Shown here in pieces: positions 1 to 8,712 of a stretch of DNA of 64,000 nucleotides. This DNA is from Patescibacteria group bacterium (lineage in GTDB: Bacteria; Patescibacteriota; Patescibacteriia; UBA11705; DATKZF01). Each line of letters starts with the position of its first letter. The stretch's first letter is position 1. The DNA is taken from contig JBMORT010000009.1 in NCBI GenBank assembly GCA_049319825.1, forward strand, positions 131,349-195,348, read 5' to 3'. The translations under genes were made by a program, and so were the position numbers. Under the pieces are notes generated by a model that saw nothing but the letters and a program-made list of their open reading frames with translations, made no database searches and was not told the origin of the DNA.

Positions 1-819
1 CTGATCAAGCGACCTCAAGAATTACCGCCGATCACCGAAGTTCCGGAACTTATTGGCGCGGTCGGCGAAAACATCGAGTATGCCGCTCAGGTGGTCGGTG
101 ATGAGTTTTTCAATCAGCCTGACGTGGAACAAGCGGCTTCGACTATCGGCGCCGGCGCATTAGGCGCGCTGGCGGCCATCAATCTGGCATCACTGTTCAC
201 CTTTGCGGGTTTTTTACCATACCTGTTTTCACTATTCTCCGAACCGATTTTGTCACTCTTTCCGAGAAAGCGAAAAAAATACGGCACTGTTTACGATTCC
301 GCATCCAAAAAACCGGTTGAGCTGGCGCTTATTCGCTTGTTCGACACCAATACGAATCGGCTGATAAAAACAGCGGTGACGGACAAATTCGGCCGCTACA
401 CGTTGCTGGTCGATCCGGGCAGTTATTATTTAAGAGTCTTCAAGAAAGATTTCATCTTTCCATCGCAAACGGTCAGCGCATCAGATCAAGAACCCGCCTT
501 CACCAATATTTATCACGGCGAGCCGTTGATTATCGTCGAAAAATCGGTCATAAATGTCAATATCCCGATCGATTATGTTAAGCAGGAGGTTCCCGGCAAA
601 AGAGCGGCGATTGTTAAATATTTGCGCGGCGCGCAGCGGTTTATCGCCATTATCGGTCCGGTTTCCGCTTTACTGGTGCTGCTGATCAAGCCTAACGTGC
701 TATCCGCCGTCTTGTTTGCGGTTCACATAATCTTATTCGCTTTGTTTTCCAGAATATCTCAAGGCAGAAAAAAGCAGCCGACCAAATTAAAACTTAGTCC
801 GCAATCAGGCATTCAGTAA
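1..819 (+). CDS. C-terminal part of a membrane protein with a carboxypeptidase-regulatory-like (transthyretin-fold) domain; 5' end lies before the window
   Basis: Frame is open from base 1. Motif YGTVYDS..KPVELALIRL..AVTDKFGRY..PGSYYL, flanked by TM segments. Confidence 0.7.
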   Translation: MIKRPQELPPITEVPELIGAVGENIEYAAQVVGDEFFNQPDVEQAASTIGAGALGALAAINLASLFTFAGFLPYLFSLFSEPILSLFPRKRKKYGTVYDSASKKPVELALIRLFDTNTNRLIKTAVTDKFGRYTLLVDPGSYYLRVFKKDFIFPSQTVSASDQEPAFTNIYHGEPLIIVEKSVINVNIPIDYVKQEVPGKRAAIVKYLRGAQRFIAIIGPVSALLVLLIKPNVLSAVLFAVHIILFALFSRISQGRKKQPTKLKLSPQSGIQ

Positions 820-824
820 TTGAT

Positions 825-1349
825 ATGGCGCCGATATTGTATTTGTTAGTATTTATCGCTATCATTTTACTGTTAACCATGGCGGTCGCCGGCAAATTGT
901 CTGCTCCCTATGTGCCGACAAAAAAAGATGATTTAAAAAGAATCGTGAAATTGGCCGGGTTAACTAGCAAAATGACATTCTGTGATCTGGGTTGCGGCGA
1001 CGGCCGGGTGGTCGCTTATGTCGCAAAATTCACTCGGGCCGAAGTCATCGGCATTGAACTGGCCATACCGCTGTATTGTTTTGCCAAAATCAGGCAACAG
1101 CTGCCTAAAAAGCGTAATTTAAAGATAGTCTATGGAAATTTTTTAAACATGGATTTAAGCCGAGCCGACATCATCTACATATTCGGCTTTCCCAAAACCC
1201 TGCAGCAAAAAATCAGCGCGAAAATCAAACGGAATGTGAAATCGGGCGCCAAAATAATTTCATATTTCTTTAAAATACCCGATCTCGAGCTGATTGTCGA
1301 AGATCAGCCACGGAAAAATCAAGCTCCAATTTATGTTTATAAAATATGA
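825..1349 (+). CDS. Class I SAM-dependent methyltransferase with N-terminal membrane anchor
   Basis: PYVPT, DLGCGDGR (motif I), GIEL. Confidence 0.85.
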   Translation: MAPILYLLVFIAIILLLTMAVAGKLSAPYVPTKKDDLKRIVKLAGLTSKMTFCDLGCGDGRVVAYVAKFTRAEVIGIELAIPLYCFAKIRQQLPKKRNLKIVYGNFLNMDLSRADIIYIFGFPKTLQQKISAKIKRNVKSGAKIISYFFKIPDLELIVEDQPRKNQAPIYVYKI

Positions 1350-1963
1350 AGCTGTATAAAATTATCATTATTGTCGCGATTATTTTGGGTTTGGTCGGCG
1401 GTGGAATTTATATCGGCTGGAAAATCGCCAAACCGGTGAAAACTCAGCAAAAAGTCACAGCCGATGTGATATTGACCGCATTACACGCGCGAGGATTTTT
1501 AGTAACCGAGGCCATTGTGTTCAGTGAACCGATTGTTATCGAAAACACAGAAGGCAGTGTTTGGAAGGATTTGTTTTTCGGGCAAACCATTGAAGCTCGG
1601 GGAAATATGGAAGTGAATTTGGGTGTTGATTTGAAAAAAGTGGAGGCGGCGGATATCATCGTTGATTCGGATCAGGTGACAGTGTGGTTGCCGCGTGCGG
1701 AAATTTTCAATTCCCGATTGGTCGGCCCGATTGATGTGGAAAATAAACAGGGATTGCTTAAACGATTGTTTGATAATGACGACGGTTATAATCAGGCTTT
1801 AGCCGAGATGACCAAACAGGCCGAAGCGGCCGCCGGCACTTTGGAATTATTAAATAAAGCCAGTCAAAACGCTTCTGATGAAGTGACTCGTATTTTACAG
1901 CTAATCGCCAAAGATAAAAAGATTCAAATTAATTTTAAAAATGATGCCGAAGAAGAAAGCTAG
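1346..1963 (+). CDS. DUF4230-like membrane-anchored protein
   Basis: N-terminal TM; G.V.LGVDL...VTVWLPRAEI pattern. Confidence 0.65.
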   Translation: MKLYKIIIIVAIILGLVGGGIYIGWKIAKPVKTQQKVTADVILTALHARGFLVTEAIVFSEPIVIENTEGSVWKDLFFGQTIEARGNMEVNLGVDLKKVEAADIIVDSDQVTVWLPRAEIFNSRLVGPIDVENKQGLLKRLFDNDDGYNQALAEMTKQAEAAAGTLELLNKASQNASDEVTRILQLIAKDKKIQINFKNDAEEES

Positions 1964-1967
1964 ATCT

Positions 1968-2867
1968 ATGAAAAGAATATTGTTGATTTCCATAATATTC
2001 GTTTTTTTCAGCCAGCCCGCGCTGGCTGCCGGCGTTAAAAATATTGATGTCCCTTTCACCGCTCAAGCTCCGGACGGCTGGTATTCGCCATTTGACGAAG
2101 CGTGCGAGGAAGCGGCCACGGTGATGTTGGATAACTTTTATCAAGGAAACCGCTCAATTGCCAACCCGAAGCAGGAGATTTTGGATATCGTCTATATTGA
2201 AAATCAACTTTGGGGAATGAATAAAGATACCAACGCGCTGCAGATGACTCACATAATAAATAATTTTTTTGCTTTTGAAGCGGACACGAAACCCGATCCG
2301 ACTTTAGCGGCCATAAAAAACGAGATAGACAATAATCGTCCGGTATTGGTCCCTGTTTACGGCAGAAGTTTATACAATCCGAATTTCAGGGGAGCCGGAC
2401 CGATCTATCACGTGATAATAATCAAGGGTTATGATGATCCGGCCCGACAATTTATCACCAATGAGCCAGGCACGGTTCATGGTCATAACTGGCGCTACGG
2501 TTACGAAGAGATGATGAATGCCATTCATGATTTGAACTACGGCAATCAGTCTGCCGGTCAAAAGATCGCCATTTTTACTCATGATTACATCAAACATTCC
2601 GGATGGAGTGATGCGGATAAAGACGGTTATACCAAAAGCGAGGAAATCGCCAATAAAACCAGTTTGAAAGTTAAAAATATCGGCGGCAATCTGTCCGTTT
2701 ATGAAGGCCGCCTGCTGCGCAGTCATCTTGACCCCAAAGTTTATTTGGTGACCAACGGACGCAAGCGCCATATCCGTTCAGCCGAGGAATTGTTTAGTTT
2801 GGGGTTCGGTTGGCAAGACGTGGTGCGTGTGGACCAGCAAATTTTAGACGGCATTCCCGCCAAGTAA
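1968..2867 (+). CDS. Secreted C39-like (papain-fold) peptidase with C-terminal repeat domain
   Basis: Signal peptide; VPFTAQAP..ACEEA (Cys), YHVIIIKGYD (His), ITNEPG; C-terminal PKVYLV..GRKRHI repeat. Confidence 0.8.
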   Translation: MKRILLISIIFVFFSQPALAAGVKNIDVPFTAQAPDGWYSPFDEACEEAATVMLDNFYQGNRSIANPKQEILDIVYIENQLWGMNKDTNALQMTHIINNFFAFEADTKPDPTLAAIKNEIDNNRPVLVPVYGRSLYNPNFRGAGPIYHVIIIKGYDDPARQFITNEPGTVHGHNWRYGYEEMMNAIHDLNYGNQSAGQKIAIFTHDYIKHSGWSDADKDGYTKSEEIANKTSLKVKNIGGNLSVYEGRLLRSHLDPKVYLVTNGRKRHIRSAEELFSLGFGWQDVVRVDQQILDGIPAK

Positions 2868-2897
2868 AAAAAATAAAAATTTGCACGAAATAGCATT

Positions 2898-3455
2898 ATG
2901 GTCGAAGCTTTTCAATTGGATTTTTTCAAACAGCCGACAGAGTCTTCATCAATCGGGCGATCGCCGGATAAAAAAAGATTGAGTCCGGAAGATAAAAAAA
3001 ATATCCAGTGGTTTTGGCGTTATTTTGAATACAAACAACAGCCCGACGCGGTTATGGGAGAGTTTCCGAATATTGATACCAGCGATCTAGATCCGCAAGC
3101 GCAAAAAGCGGCGGAAAGAGCTTATTATTTCAGCGGCGCTGATCAATACGAGGGATTACCGAGATATTCGCGGACCGATATTCGTCAGCGTCTGCCAATG
3201 AAAAATTTTAAAACCCTACCGGTGGGACAACATTATTCCAATCTTCGGCCGATTAGCGAGCAAGCCAGCCTGCTGTTACTCGAAAGTCCGAGAACCCGGC
3301 AGCTGAGCTGGTATTATGCGGAACCGAAGCGTGGTAATATTATTGAACTGAGGCAATTCCCGGCTGATTTTGTGATGGAATTCAGCCATTATTTTCCGTC
3401 GGAAGTTAAAAATGCGCTGATGATCGCGCAAAAAGATATTGACAATAAAATTTGA
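2898..3455 (+). CDS. Hypothetical protein
   Basis: 185-aa ORF co-oriented with neighbours; no recognised motif. Confidence 0.55.
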   Translation: MVEAFQLDFFKQPTESSSIGRSPDKKRLSPEDKKNIQWFWRYFEYKQQPDAVMGEFPNIDTSDLDPQAQKAAERAYYFSGADQYEGLPRYSRTDIRQRLPMKNFKTLPVGQHYSNLRPISEQASLLLLESPRTRQLSWYYAEPKRGNIIELRQFPADFVMEFSHYFPSEVKNALMIAQKDIDNKI

Positions 3456-3479
3456 CAATTCCAAAAAATTGATTATAAT
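3452..3479 (+). promoter_or_regulatory. Sigma70-type promoter for the ATP-grasp gene
   Basis: TTGACA (3452-3457), 16 nt, TATAAT (3474-3479). Confidence 0.6.
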
Positions 3480-3661
3480 TTTATTGTTATAAAGTGATGT
3501 ATGAAATATTGCCTATCCAATAAATCAAATATCATTTTCGGCTTTATTTTTAGCCTTGGCTCCTGATGGCTGCTATTTGTCGTATATGTAATGTAGTCAT
3601 CAGCAGCGATGGCTATTTTTAATTAGCCAGTTCATTGAAAAGCAAGTCGAGGAGGGGGAAA

Positions 3662-4903
3662 GTGCCAAAACCAAAGCAGCTCTACGTCCATGCCATCTCC
3701 GATAAAAATTGGAGTGGCATCCATAGCGTTGAGAAATATGAATTCAGGGTGATTGTATCGGCGCCAAAAGATCAGGAAAACATTTACGTATTTTCCGAAG
3801 CACCTGATGAAGAATATCTTGCCTATCGCCGGGATTATTTGGGATATCAAATCGATCAGGAACAGTTTTTCGTCGCCTCCGGCCATGGCCGGCATTTGGC
3901 TGAAAGGGTGCTGAATGATCATCCGCTGGTGGAGCGCCTGAAGGGTATGCTGCCGCAGGGCTCGATCATGGATACTTTTACTGTCGGACCGGCCGAGGAG
4001 CGTTTGGCCGAGAGAATGGGTATGCGTTTGATCGGTAAAACCGCGGACGCGAATTTGGGTTCGAAAAGCAACTTTCGCAGGCTGGTCAAACAATCCGGAT
4101 TTCAGGTGGCTCCCGGCCATGAATGCCTGACCAGCAGTCTCGAGGTTATCGGAGCGGCGGCGGAACTGTTCGACCGCGGTGCTCGGCGCGTCGTGGTCAA
4201 AGGCGATTTTGGCGCCAGCAGTTCTCAAAATCAACTGTTTGAATCCGATGAAAATTGGGTGGAGAAAGTTGAGCGATTTTTGGATGATATTTCATTTTCC
4301 GGCGGTGTGGTTGAGGAATGGATCGAAAATGTGGAAATTTCACCGTCGACGCATTATCAGCTCAACGGAAGAGCGGTGCAGCAACCCGGTCCGTGGGAGC
4401 AGGTGCTTCGAGGACGTAACCGAGTGTATGCCGGTGCCACATACCCTGCCCGAGTCAGTCAAAAACTCGCCAGGGAAATTAAGCGACAAGGTTTGGCGAT
4501 CGCCGGTTTATTCAGCGATTTGGGGGTCGAGGGCGCGCTCGGATTTGACTGTGTGGTGACAAATAGCGGACAAATCATTTGGTCGGAAGCCAATGTTCGC
4601 AAGGGCGGGGTAACCTTTATTCGCGATTTTGCGGTGGTGCAGAATGTCATTGACAGAGTCATCTGGGGGCTTGATTTGGTTGATGAACGGTTGATGAATA
4701 TGTCATTTGGCGAAGTGTTAAAAAAGACAAAACCGCTGCTTTTCCGATCAACCGATTCCGATTCGCAAAAAGAGGGAGTGGTTTTTTACAATGTTGGCTG
4801 TTTGTCAAAAGGAAAGATTCAGCTGATTATCGTGGCCAAAACAGTCGAGGAAGCTCAATTTTACTGGACCATGCTCAATCGAAAAATGTTTGACTTGCTT
4901 TAA
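3662..4903 (+). CDS. ATP-grasp enzyme with pre-ATP-grasp region (PGM1/peptide-ligase-like)
   Basis: SKSNFR, VVVKGDFGASS, VVEEWI, GFDCVV, SEANVRKGG. GAGGAGGGG precedes GTG at 3662. Confidence 0.7.
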   Translation: MPKPKQLYVHAISDKNWSGIHSVEKYEFRVIVSAPKDQENIYVFSEAPDEEYLAYRRDYLGYQIDQEQFFVASGHGRHLAERVLNDHPLVERLKGMLPQGSIMDTFTVGPAEERLAERMGMRLIGKTADANLGSKSNFRRLVKQSGFQVAPGHECLTSSLEVIGAAAELFDRGARRVVVKGDFGASSSQNQLFESDENWVEKVERFLDDISFSGGVVEEWIENVEISPSTHYQLNGRAVQQPGPWEQVLRGRNRVYAGATYPARVSQKLAREIKRQGLAIAGLFSDLGVEGALGFDCVVTNSGQIIWSEANVRKGGVTFIRDFAVVQNVIDRVIWGLDLVDERLMNMSFGEVLKKTKPLLFRSTDSDSQKEGVVFYNVGCLSKGKIQLIIVAKTVEEAQFYWTMLNRKMFDLL

Positions 4904-4908
4904 TGTCT

Positions 4909-4940
4909 AATCCCTTACTATAATGATAGTAAGGGTTTTT
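4909..4940 (+). terminator. Intrinsic terminator
   Basis: CCCTTACTAT-aatg-ATAGTAAGGG followed by TTTTTT. Confidence 0.7.
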
Positions 4941-4984
4941 GATTGATTATATCTTAAATATAAGTCGTTTATCATTGAAAATTT

Positions 4985-5683
4985 ATGAAAGGCTTTTCTA
5001 AAAAATTATTTGATCAAATCCGAAATGTGGTTTTCGGAGTAGAAGACGGATTAATATCGACTCTCGGAGTGCTGACCGGCATTGCCGGCGGCACCAATAA
5101 CCGCGCGGTGATCATACTGTCCGGTTTCGTCATTATTTTGGTCGAAGCCTCATCTATGGCCGCGGGCACATTTTTATCTTCAAAATCGGAAAATCAGGCT
5201 AAAGAAAAAATAATTAAAGAAGAGTTGAAAAGAATCAGACAAAATCCGGAGCGGGAAAGAAAGGAATTAATCGAATTTTATCGGCAGCGTGGCTATAGTG
5301 ATTCCGATATCGACTCAATGGTCAGCCGCATGATGGCCAATGAGGATTTATTAATTGAAGAAATGGCGCATAAAGAATATGGCATTGTCATGCGCAGCGA
5401 CGACAGGGCAAAGACAGGCTCGCGATATATGTTTTTGTCATACATGGTCGGCGGTGCCATCCCCGTGATTCCATATTTGATATTTTCTGTTAATGTCGGA
5501 TTGTTTTTTTCAATTGTCCTGACACTGGTCGGTTTATTTTTACTCGGATTTTATAAAGGAGTTTTAACCAATGTGTCGAGGATTAAAAGCGGCCTGGAAA
5601 TGTTGGCCGTGGCGGCGACCGTATCAGCCATCGGTTTTATTATCGGTCGAATCGTCGGTCATTTAATCGGATTAATCAACTGA
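4985..5683 (+). CDS. VIT1/CCC1 family Fe/Mn transporter
   Basis: VFGVEDGLISTLG, SMAAGTFLSSKSE, GGAIPVIPY. Confidence 0.9.
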   Translation: MKGFSKKLFDQIRNVVFGVEDGLISTLGVLTGIAGGTNNRAVIILSGFVIILVEASSMAAGTFLSSKSENQAKEKIIKEELKRIRQNPERERKELIEFYRQRGYSDSDIDSMVSRMMANEDLLIEEMAHKEYGIVMRSDDRAKTGSRYMFLSYMVGGAIPVIPYLIFSVNVGLFFSIVLTLVGLFLLGFYKGVLTNVSRIKSGLEMLAVAATVSAIGFIIGRIVGHLIGLIN

Positions 5684-5684
5684 T

Positions 5685-6146
5685 ATGTCTTTAGCCGAAT
5701 ATAAACGAAAACGAAAATTCGACACTACCACCGAGCCCAAACCGGTGATTAAGCGTTCAAGGAAAGGCAATATTTATTCAATTCAAGAGCATCACGCGCG
5801 AAATTTGCATTGGGATTTACGGCTGGAAAAAGATGGCGTATTGATGTCATTCGCCATGCCCAAAATTCCGCCTCGAAAATCCGGCTTAAAACGTTTGGCT
5901 GTTCGAACAGAAGATCATCCGCTAGACTACGCGCTTTGGACAGGCTCGATTCCGGCCGGACAATACGGCGCCGGCACCGTCACCTTATGGGATCAAGGTA
6001 CGTACGATGTCATTGATGAAAAAAAAGGAAAAAAATATATAATCAATATCAACGGACAGAAATTGCATGGTCGCTATGCCTTGGTGAAATTTAAGAAAAA
6101 TTATTGGTTATTTTTTAAAATGAAAAGAATGATTATTAAAGATTAA
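5685..6146 (+). CDS. Stand-alone LigD 3'-phosphoesterase domain protein
   Basis: YKRKRKFDTTTEP, IQEHHARNLHWDLRLE, RLAVRTEDHPLDY, YGAGTV.LWDQG. Confidence 0.9.
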   Translation: MSLAEYKRKRKFDTTTEPKPVIKRSRKGNIYSIQEHHARNLHWDLRLEKDGVLMSFAMPKIPPRKSGLKRLAVRTEDHPLDYALWTGSIPAGQYGAGTVTLWDQGTYDVIDEKKGKKYIININGQKLHGRYALVKFKKNYWLFFKMKRMIIKD

Positions 6147-6182
6147 AGATATGTCTAAAATTACATATTTTTTGTTGATTTC

Positions 6183-6211
6183 TTGACAGAAATTAACATA
6201 TTCGATAAATT
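6183..6211 (+). promoter_or_regulatory. Sigma70-type promoter for the candidate ncRNA
   Basis: TTGACA (6183-6188), 17 nt, TAAATT (6206-6211); predicted start ~6218. Confidence 0.6.
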
Positions 6212-6217
6212 ATCAAT

Positions 6218-6450
6218 ACCAGGATGGATTGCTTAAGCCGCTGCTTGATTCTTTCGAGGAGAACTGGAAGTTTTAAAGAAAGCCGGTATTAAATGGCACT
6301 AACCGGCGAGAAGCTGCCCGATGCGTCTTCCAGACCGCGTGCCCTCGGCTGCGGCAAGCTTCCGACCTGGTAAGAGAAATTGTCCCGTAAAATGCATCGG
6401 GACTTCTAGTGCCACCCCCACCGTCAACGACGCGTGGGGGGTTCTTTTTT
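6218..6450 (+). ncRNA. Candidate structured ncRNA (6S-like rod with a competing 3' fold)
   Basis: Own promoter and terminator, no ORF over 26 aa seen on the + strand. Nested pairings ACCAGG/CCTGGT, GCCGC/GCGGC, CGAGG/CCTCG, CTGGAAG/CTTCCAG, GCCGGT/ACCGGC. Confidence 0.6.
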
Positions 6451-6452
6451 TA
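6415..6452 (+). terminator. Intrinsic terminator of the candidate ncRNA
   Basis: CCCCCAC..CGTC-aac-GACG..GTGGGGG followed by TTCTTTTTTT. Confidence 0.75.
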
Positions 6453-6547
6453 AAAAAATGTGGACAGCGTAATTGACAAATATTTTATAATATCTTAATA
6501 TTTTTATTATATATTTTCAAAACCCGCCGCTACAGAGGAGGTGGATC

Positions 6548-6907
6548 TTGCGAAAAATTCTGGAGGTGGAAGACATGGCGGTGCTGGTGCGGGTGTGGCA
6601 AAAAATGCTGGGGCCTAAGGTCAACGTTATCTGGGCTCCCACAATCGAAGCCGCTCGAATCGAGCTGACGCGCAGTCTGGATTTTGATGCTGTGCTGATG
6701 GATTGCTGTGTCCCAGGAAATATCCCGAACACATATGGACTGACAAGAGAAATCAGATCCATGGGATTCACCAAACCAATTATTGCGAAATCGTCCACGC
6801 AAGATTACTGTTTAAAACAGCTTGAATTCGGCGCCACTCACGCGGCGGTAAACGGCGATGTGATCGAAGTGCTGTTTGAAGTTTTAAAACTTGATCAAAA
6901 TCGATAA
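6548..6907 (+). CDS. Single-domain response-regulator receiver protein (divergent)
   Basis: ILEVEDM, FDAVLMD..VP, PIIAKSS, FGA; GAGGAGG upstream. Confidence 0.7.
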   Translation: MRKILEVEDMAVLVRVWQKMLGPKVNVIWAPTIEAARIELTRSLDFDAVLMDCCVPGNIPNTYGLTREIRSMGFTKPIIAKSSTQDYCLKQLEFGATHAAVNGDVIEVLFEVLKLDQNR

Positions 6908-7004
6908 TCTAGGCTGGTAATATCCGGCCTCTTTTTATCGGCTATTGACAAATTTTGTAAAATATGCTAATAAATTATGATTGAACCAAGCAAAGGAGGT
7001 TAAC

Positions 7005-7286
7005 ATGTTTGGTATTTTCAGAGGAAAAAAGAAAGGCTTATCTCTTTTTCAGCAGGAAAAAGGGGCACTGAAAGCCAAATATGGTAATACGCCGATTCCT
7101 CCGCTCAAGCATACGGCGGAAAGAAAAGAAAAAGAAACAATTCCAGGCTTTCAATTCGCCTCAAAATGCGGTAGTTGCGGTGCATTCAATATTCATGTAA
7201 TCGAAAAAAGTAAGTCTGGAATACTGGCGCTCATTTGCACCAAGTGCAATGATGTGTACGAAACAGAAGTCATCGCGGACAGTTAA
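7005..7286 (+). CDS. Small putative zinc-ribbon protein
   Basis: CGSC...CTKC; AAGGAGGT before ATG 7005. Confidence 0.6.
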   Translation: MFGIFRGKKKGLSLFQQEKGALKAKYGNTPIPPLKHTAERKEKETIPGFQFASKCGSCGAFNIHVIEKSKSGILALICTKCNDVYETEVIADS

Positions 7287-7362
7287 TAACTGTTCGTTTT
7301 TATTTACTTTTAAACGTGATTGTGTTAAAACAATGGTTGTAAGCGAACTGGCGGAGGAATAA

Positions 7363-7686
7363 ATGAAACCAAATGACGCCGAGCCCACAATTCCCGCTCC
7401 AGTCAGTTACAGTACGAGTGACATCGTTTTATCTTCCGTTGATCAGGCTTACATCGATGCCATGGCCGAGGCCGGTGCCATACTTGACGGAATAGAAACT
7501 TTTGATCTGGTACTGGTGAATGAAATCAAATCAATCAATGTTTATTGCCCTCGTTGCAGTCCGGTCGATCGGCTGGTCAGCTCCTCGCACCGAGTGATGT
7601 TTTCCAGTGTTAAGCATTTGATTGTTAAATGCCACGTTTGCGAACATATTCATCGCGTGCCCAATCAGGTTGAAGTCAGCGGATAA
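7363..7686 (+). CDS. Small putative zinc-ribbon protein
   Basis: CPRC...CHVC; GGAGG upstream; hairpin GCGGATAATT/AATTATCCGC at the 3' end. Confidence 0.6.
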   Translation: MKPNDAEPTIPAPVSYSTSDIVLSSVDQAYIDAMAEAGAILDGIETFDLVLVNEIKSINVYCPRCSPVDRLVSSSHRVMFSSVKHLIVKCHVCEHIHRVPNQVEVSG

Positions 7687-7718
7687 TTCAATAATTATCC
7701 GCATTTTATTGGGAAATA

Positions 7719-7747
7719 TTGACATCCGGGCAAAAATGCCTTATAAT
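7719..7747 (+). promoter_or_regulatory. Consensus sigma70 promoter for tRNA-Thr/rpmG
   Basis: TTGACA-17 nt-TATAAT exact. Confidence 0.8.
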
Positions 7748-7867
7748 AAATTTTGTATTCGCCCTCTTGGCAGCGCCGGGCGCATAACGCCGGAGCGGTG
7801 GTTTTTTCCCGATTTTTCAGACTCGAAGAGGCTCAAAATCAAGGATCCTCGAAATTATCAAAAATTT

Positions 7868-7943
7868 GCCGACGTAGCTCAGTTGGTAGAGCAGTGGTTT
7901 TGTAAACCATTGGTCGTGGGTTCGAGTCCCTCCGTCGGCTCCA
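7868..7943 (+). tRNA. tRNA-Thr(TGT)
   Basis: Cloverleaf GCCGACG../..CGTCGGC, anticodon arm GTGGT-TT-TGT-AA-ACCAT, GTTCGAG T-loop, encoded CCA. Confidence 0.97.
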
Positions 7944-8050
7944 GTATTGTTTTAAGCGGGGCAACGGGTGTTTGCTTTATTTCATCAAATAATATACAAT
8001 ACAAAAATTCACATGGTTTTTTAATGAATTAATATATTTAACGTAGTTAT

Positions 8051-8206
8051 ATGTCACAAGATAATTTAATCAAATTGGAATGCAAAGATTGTAAGAAAAT
8101 CAATTATTTTTCTCACAAGAATAAAAAAACATTAAAGCAGCGACTGGAACTAAACAAATATTGCAAACATTGCAAAAAACACACCACGCATAAAGAAATC
8201 AAATAA
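8051..8206 (+). CDS. rpmG: 50S ribosomal protein L33 (Zn-binding type); missing from the ORF track
   Basis: Manual translation [51 protein letters not shown]. Confidence 0.95.
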   Translation: MSQDNLIKLECKDCKKINYFSHKNKKTLKQRLELNKYCKHCKKHTTHKEIK

Positions 8207-8226
8207 AATTTTTTTTCATGAAATAT

Positions 8227-8252
8227 AAAACCGCTCATCAGAGTGGTTTTTT
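8227..8252. terminator. Bidirectional terminator between convergent genes
   Basis: AAAACCGCTC-atca-GAGTGGTTTTTT. Confidence 0.7.
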
Positions 8253-8670
8253 ATTCATTGGAAATTTCTCGGCAATCGGTGCAAATGCCGCCCTCGGGTT
8301 TATACCCGGCCGGCCAGCGAGTCGCTTTGGTGTAAAACACGCCAATAACGATAGCTTTTTCCAGCTTGGCGCCGGTCAAGTTCGTGGACTTGAGCGTCGC
8401 ATATTTGAGATCGCTCTCGGAAAGATCTGCTTCTGCCAAATTAGCTCCTTCGAAATTAGAAGAACAAAGCTCAGCGCCAGAAAAATCAGCTTTGGCTAGA
8501 TTGGCGCCGGTAAAGTTGGCGCCATCAAGTTTTGAGTTGGTAAAATCGGCGCGCTCCAATTGTTGTCCGCTGAAATCGCGATAAGATAACCTTTGATTGG
8601 CGAAATTGGGGCCGGACGAGCAGGCGCTGAGCGTGATGATCGGCAGCAGGACCACCAGTGCTTGTTTCAT
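8251..8670 (-). CDS. Pentapeptide-repeat lipoprotein
   Basis: Lipobox LSAC; A(D/N)(F/L)xx repeats; GGAGGT before ATG 8670. Confidence 0.85.
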   Translation of the reverse strand: MKQALVVLLPIITLSACSSGPNFANQRLSYRDFSGQQLERADFTNSKLDGANFTGANLAKADFSGAELCSSNFEGANLAEADLSESDLKYATLKSTNLTGAKLEKAIVIGVFYTKATRWPAGYKPEGGICTDCREISNE

Positions 8671-8712
8671 TTTATCCACCTCCCTGATAAAAAAATAGCA
8701 ATCAGTCAAACA

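Noticed and set aside
3632-4234. 200-aa - strand ORF
   Set aside because: Antisense to the ATP-grasp gene.
6218-6450. RNase P, SRP or tmRNA identity for the structured RNA
   Set aside because: It lacks GAGGAAAGUCC, the SRP domain IV motif and a tRNA-like GUUCGA/CCA end.
7622-8032. 136-aa ORF
   Set aside because: It overlaps a promoter and tRNA-Thr; spurious.
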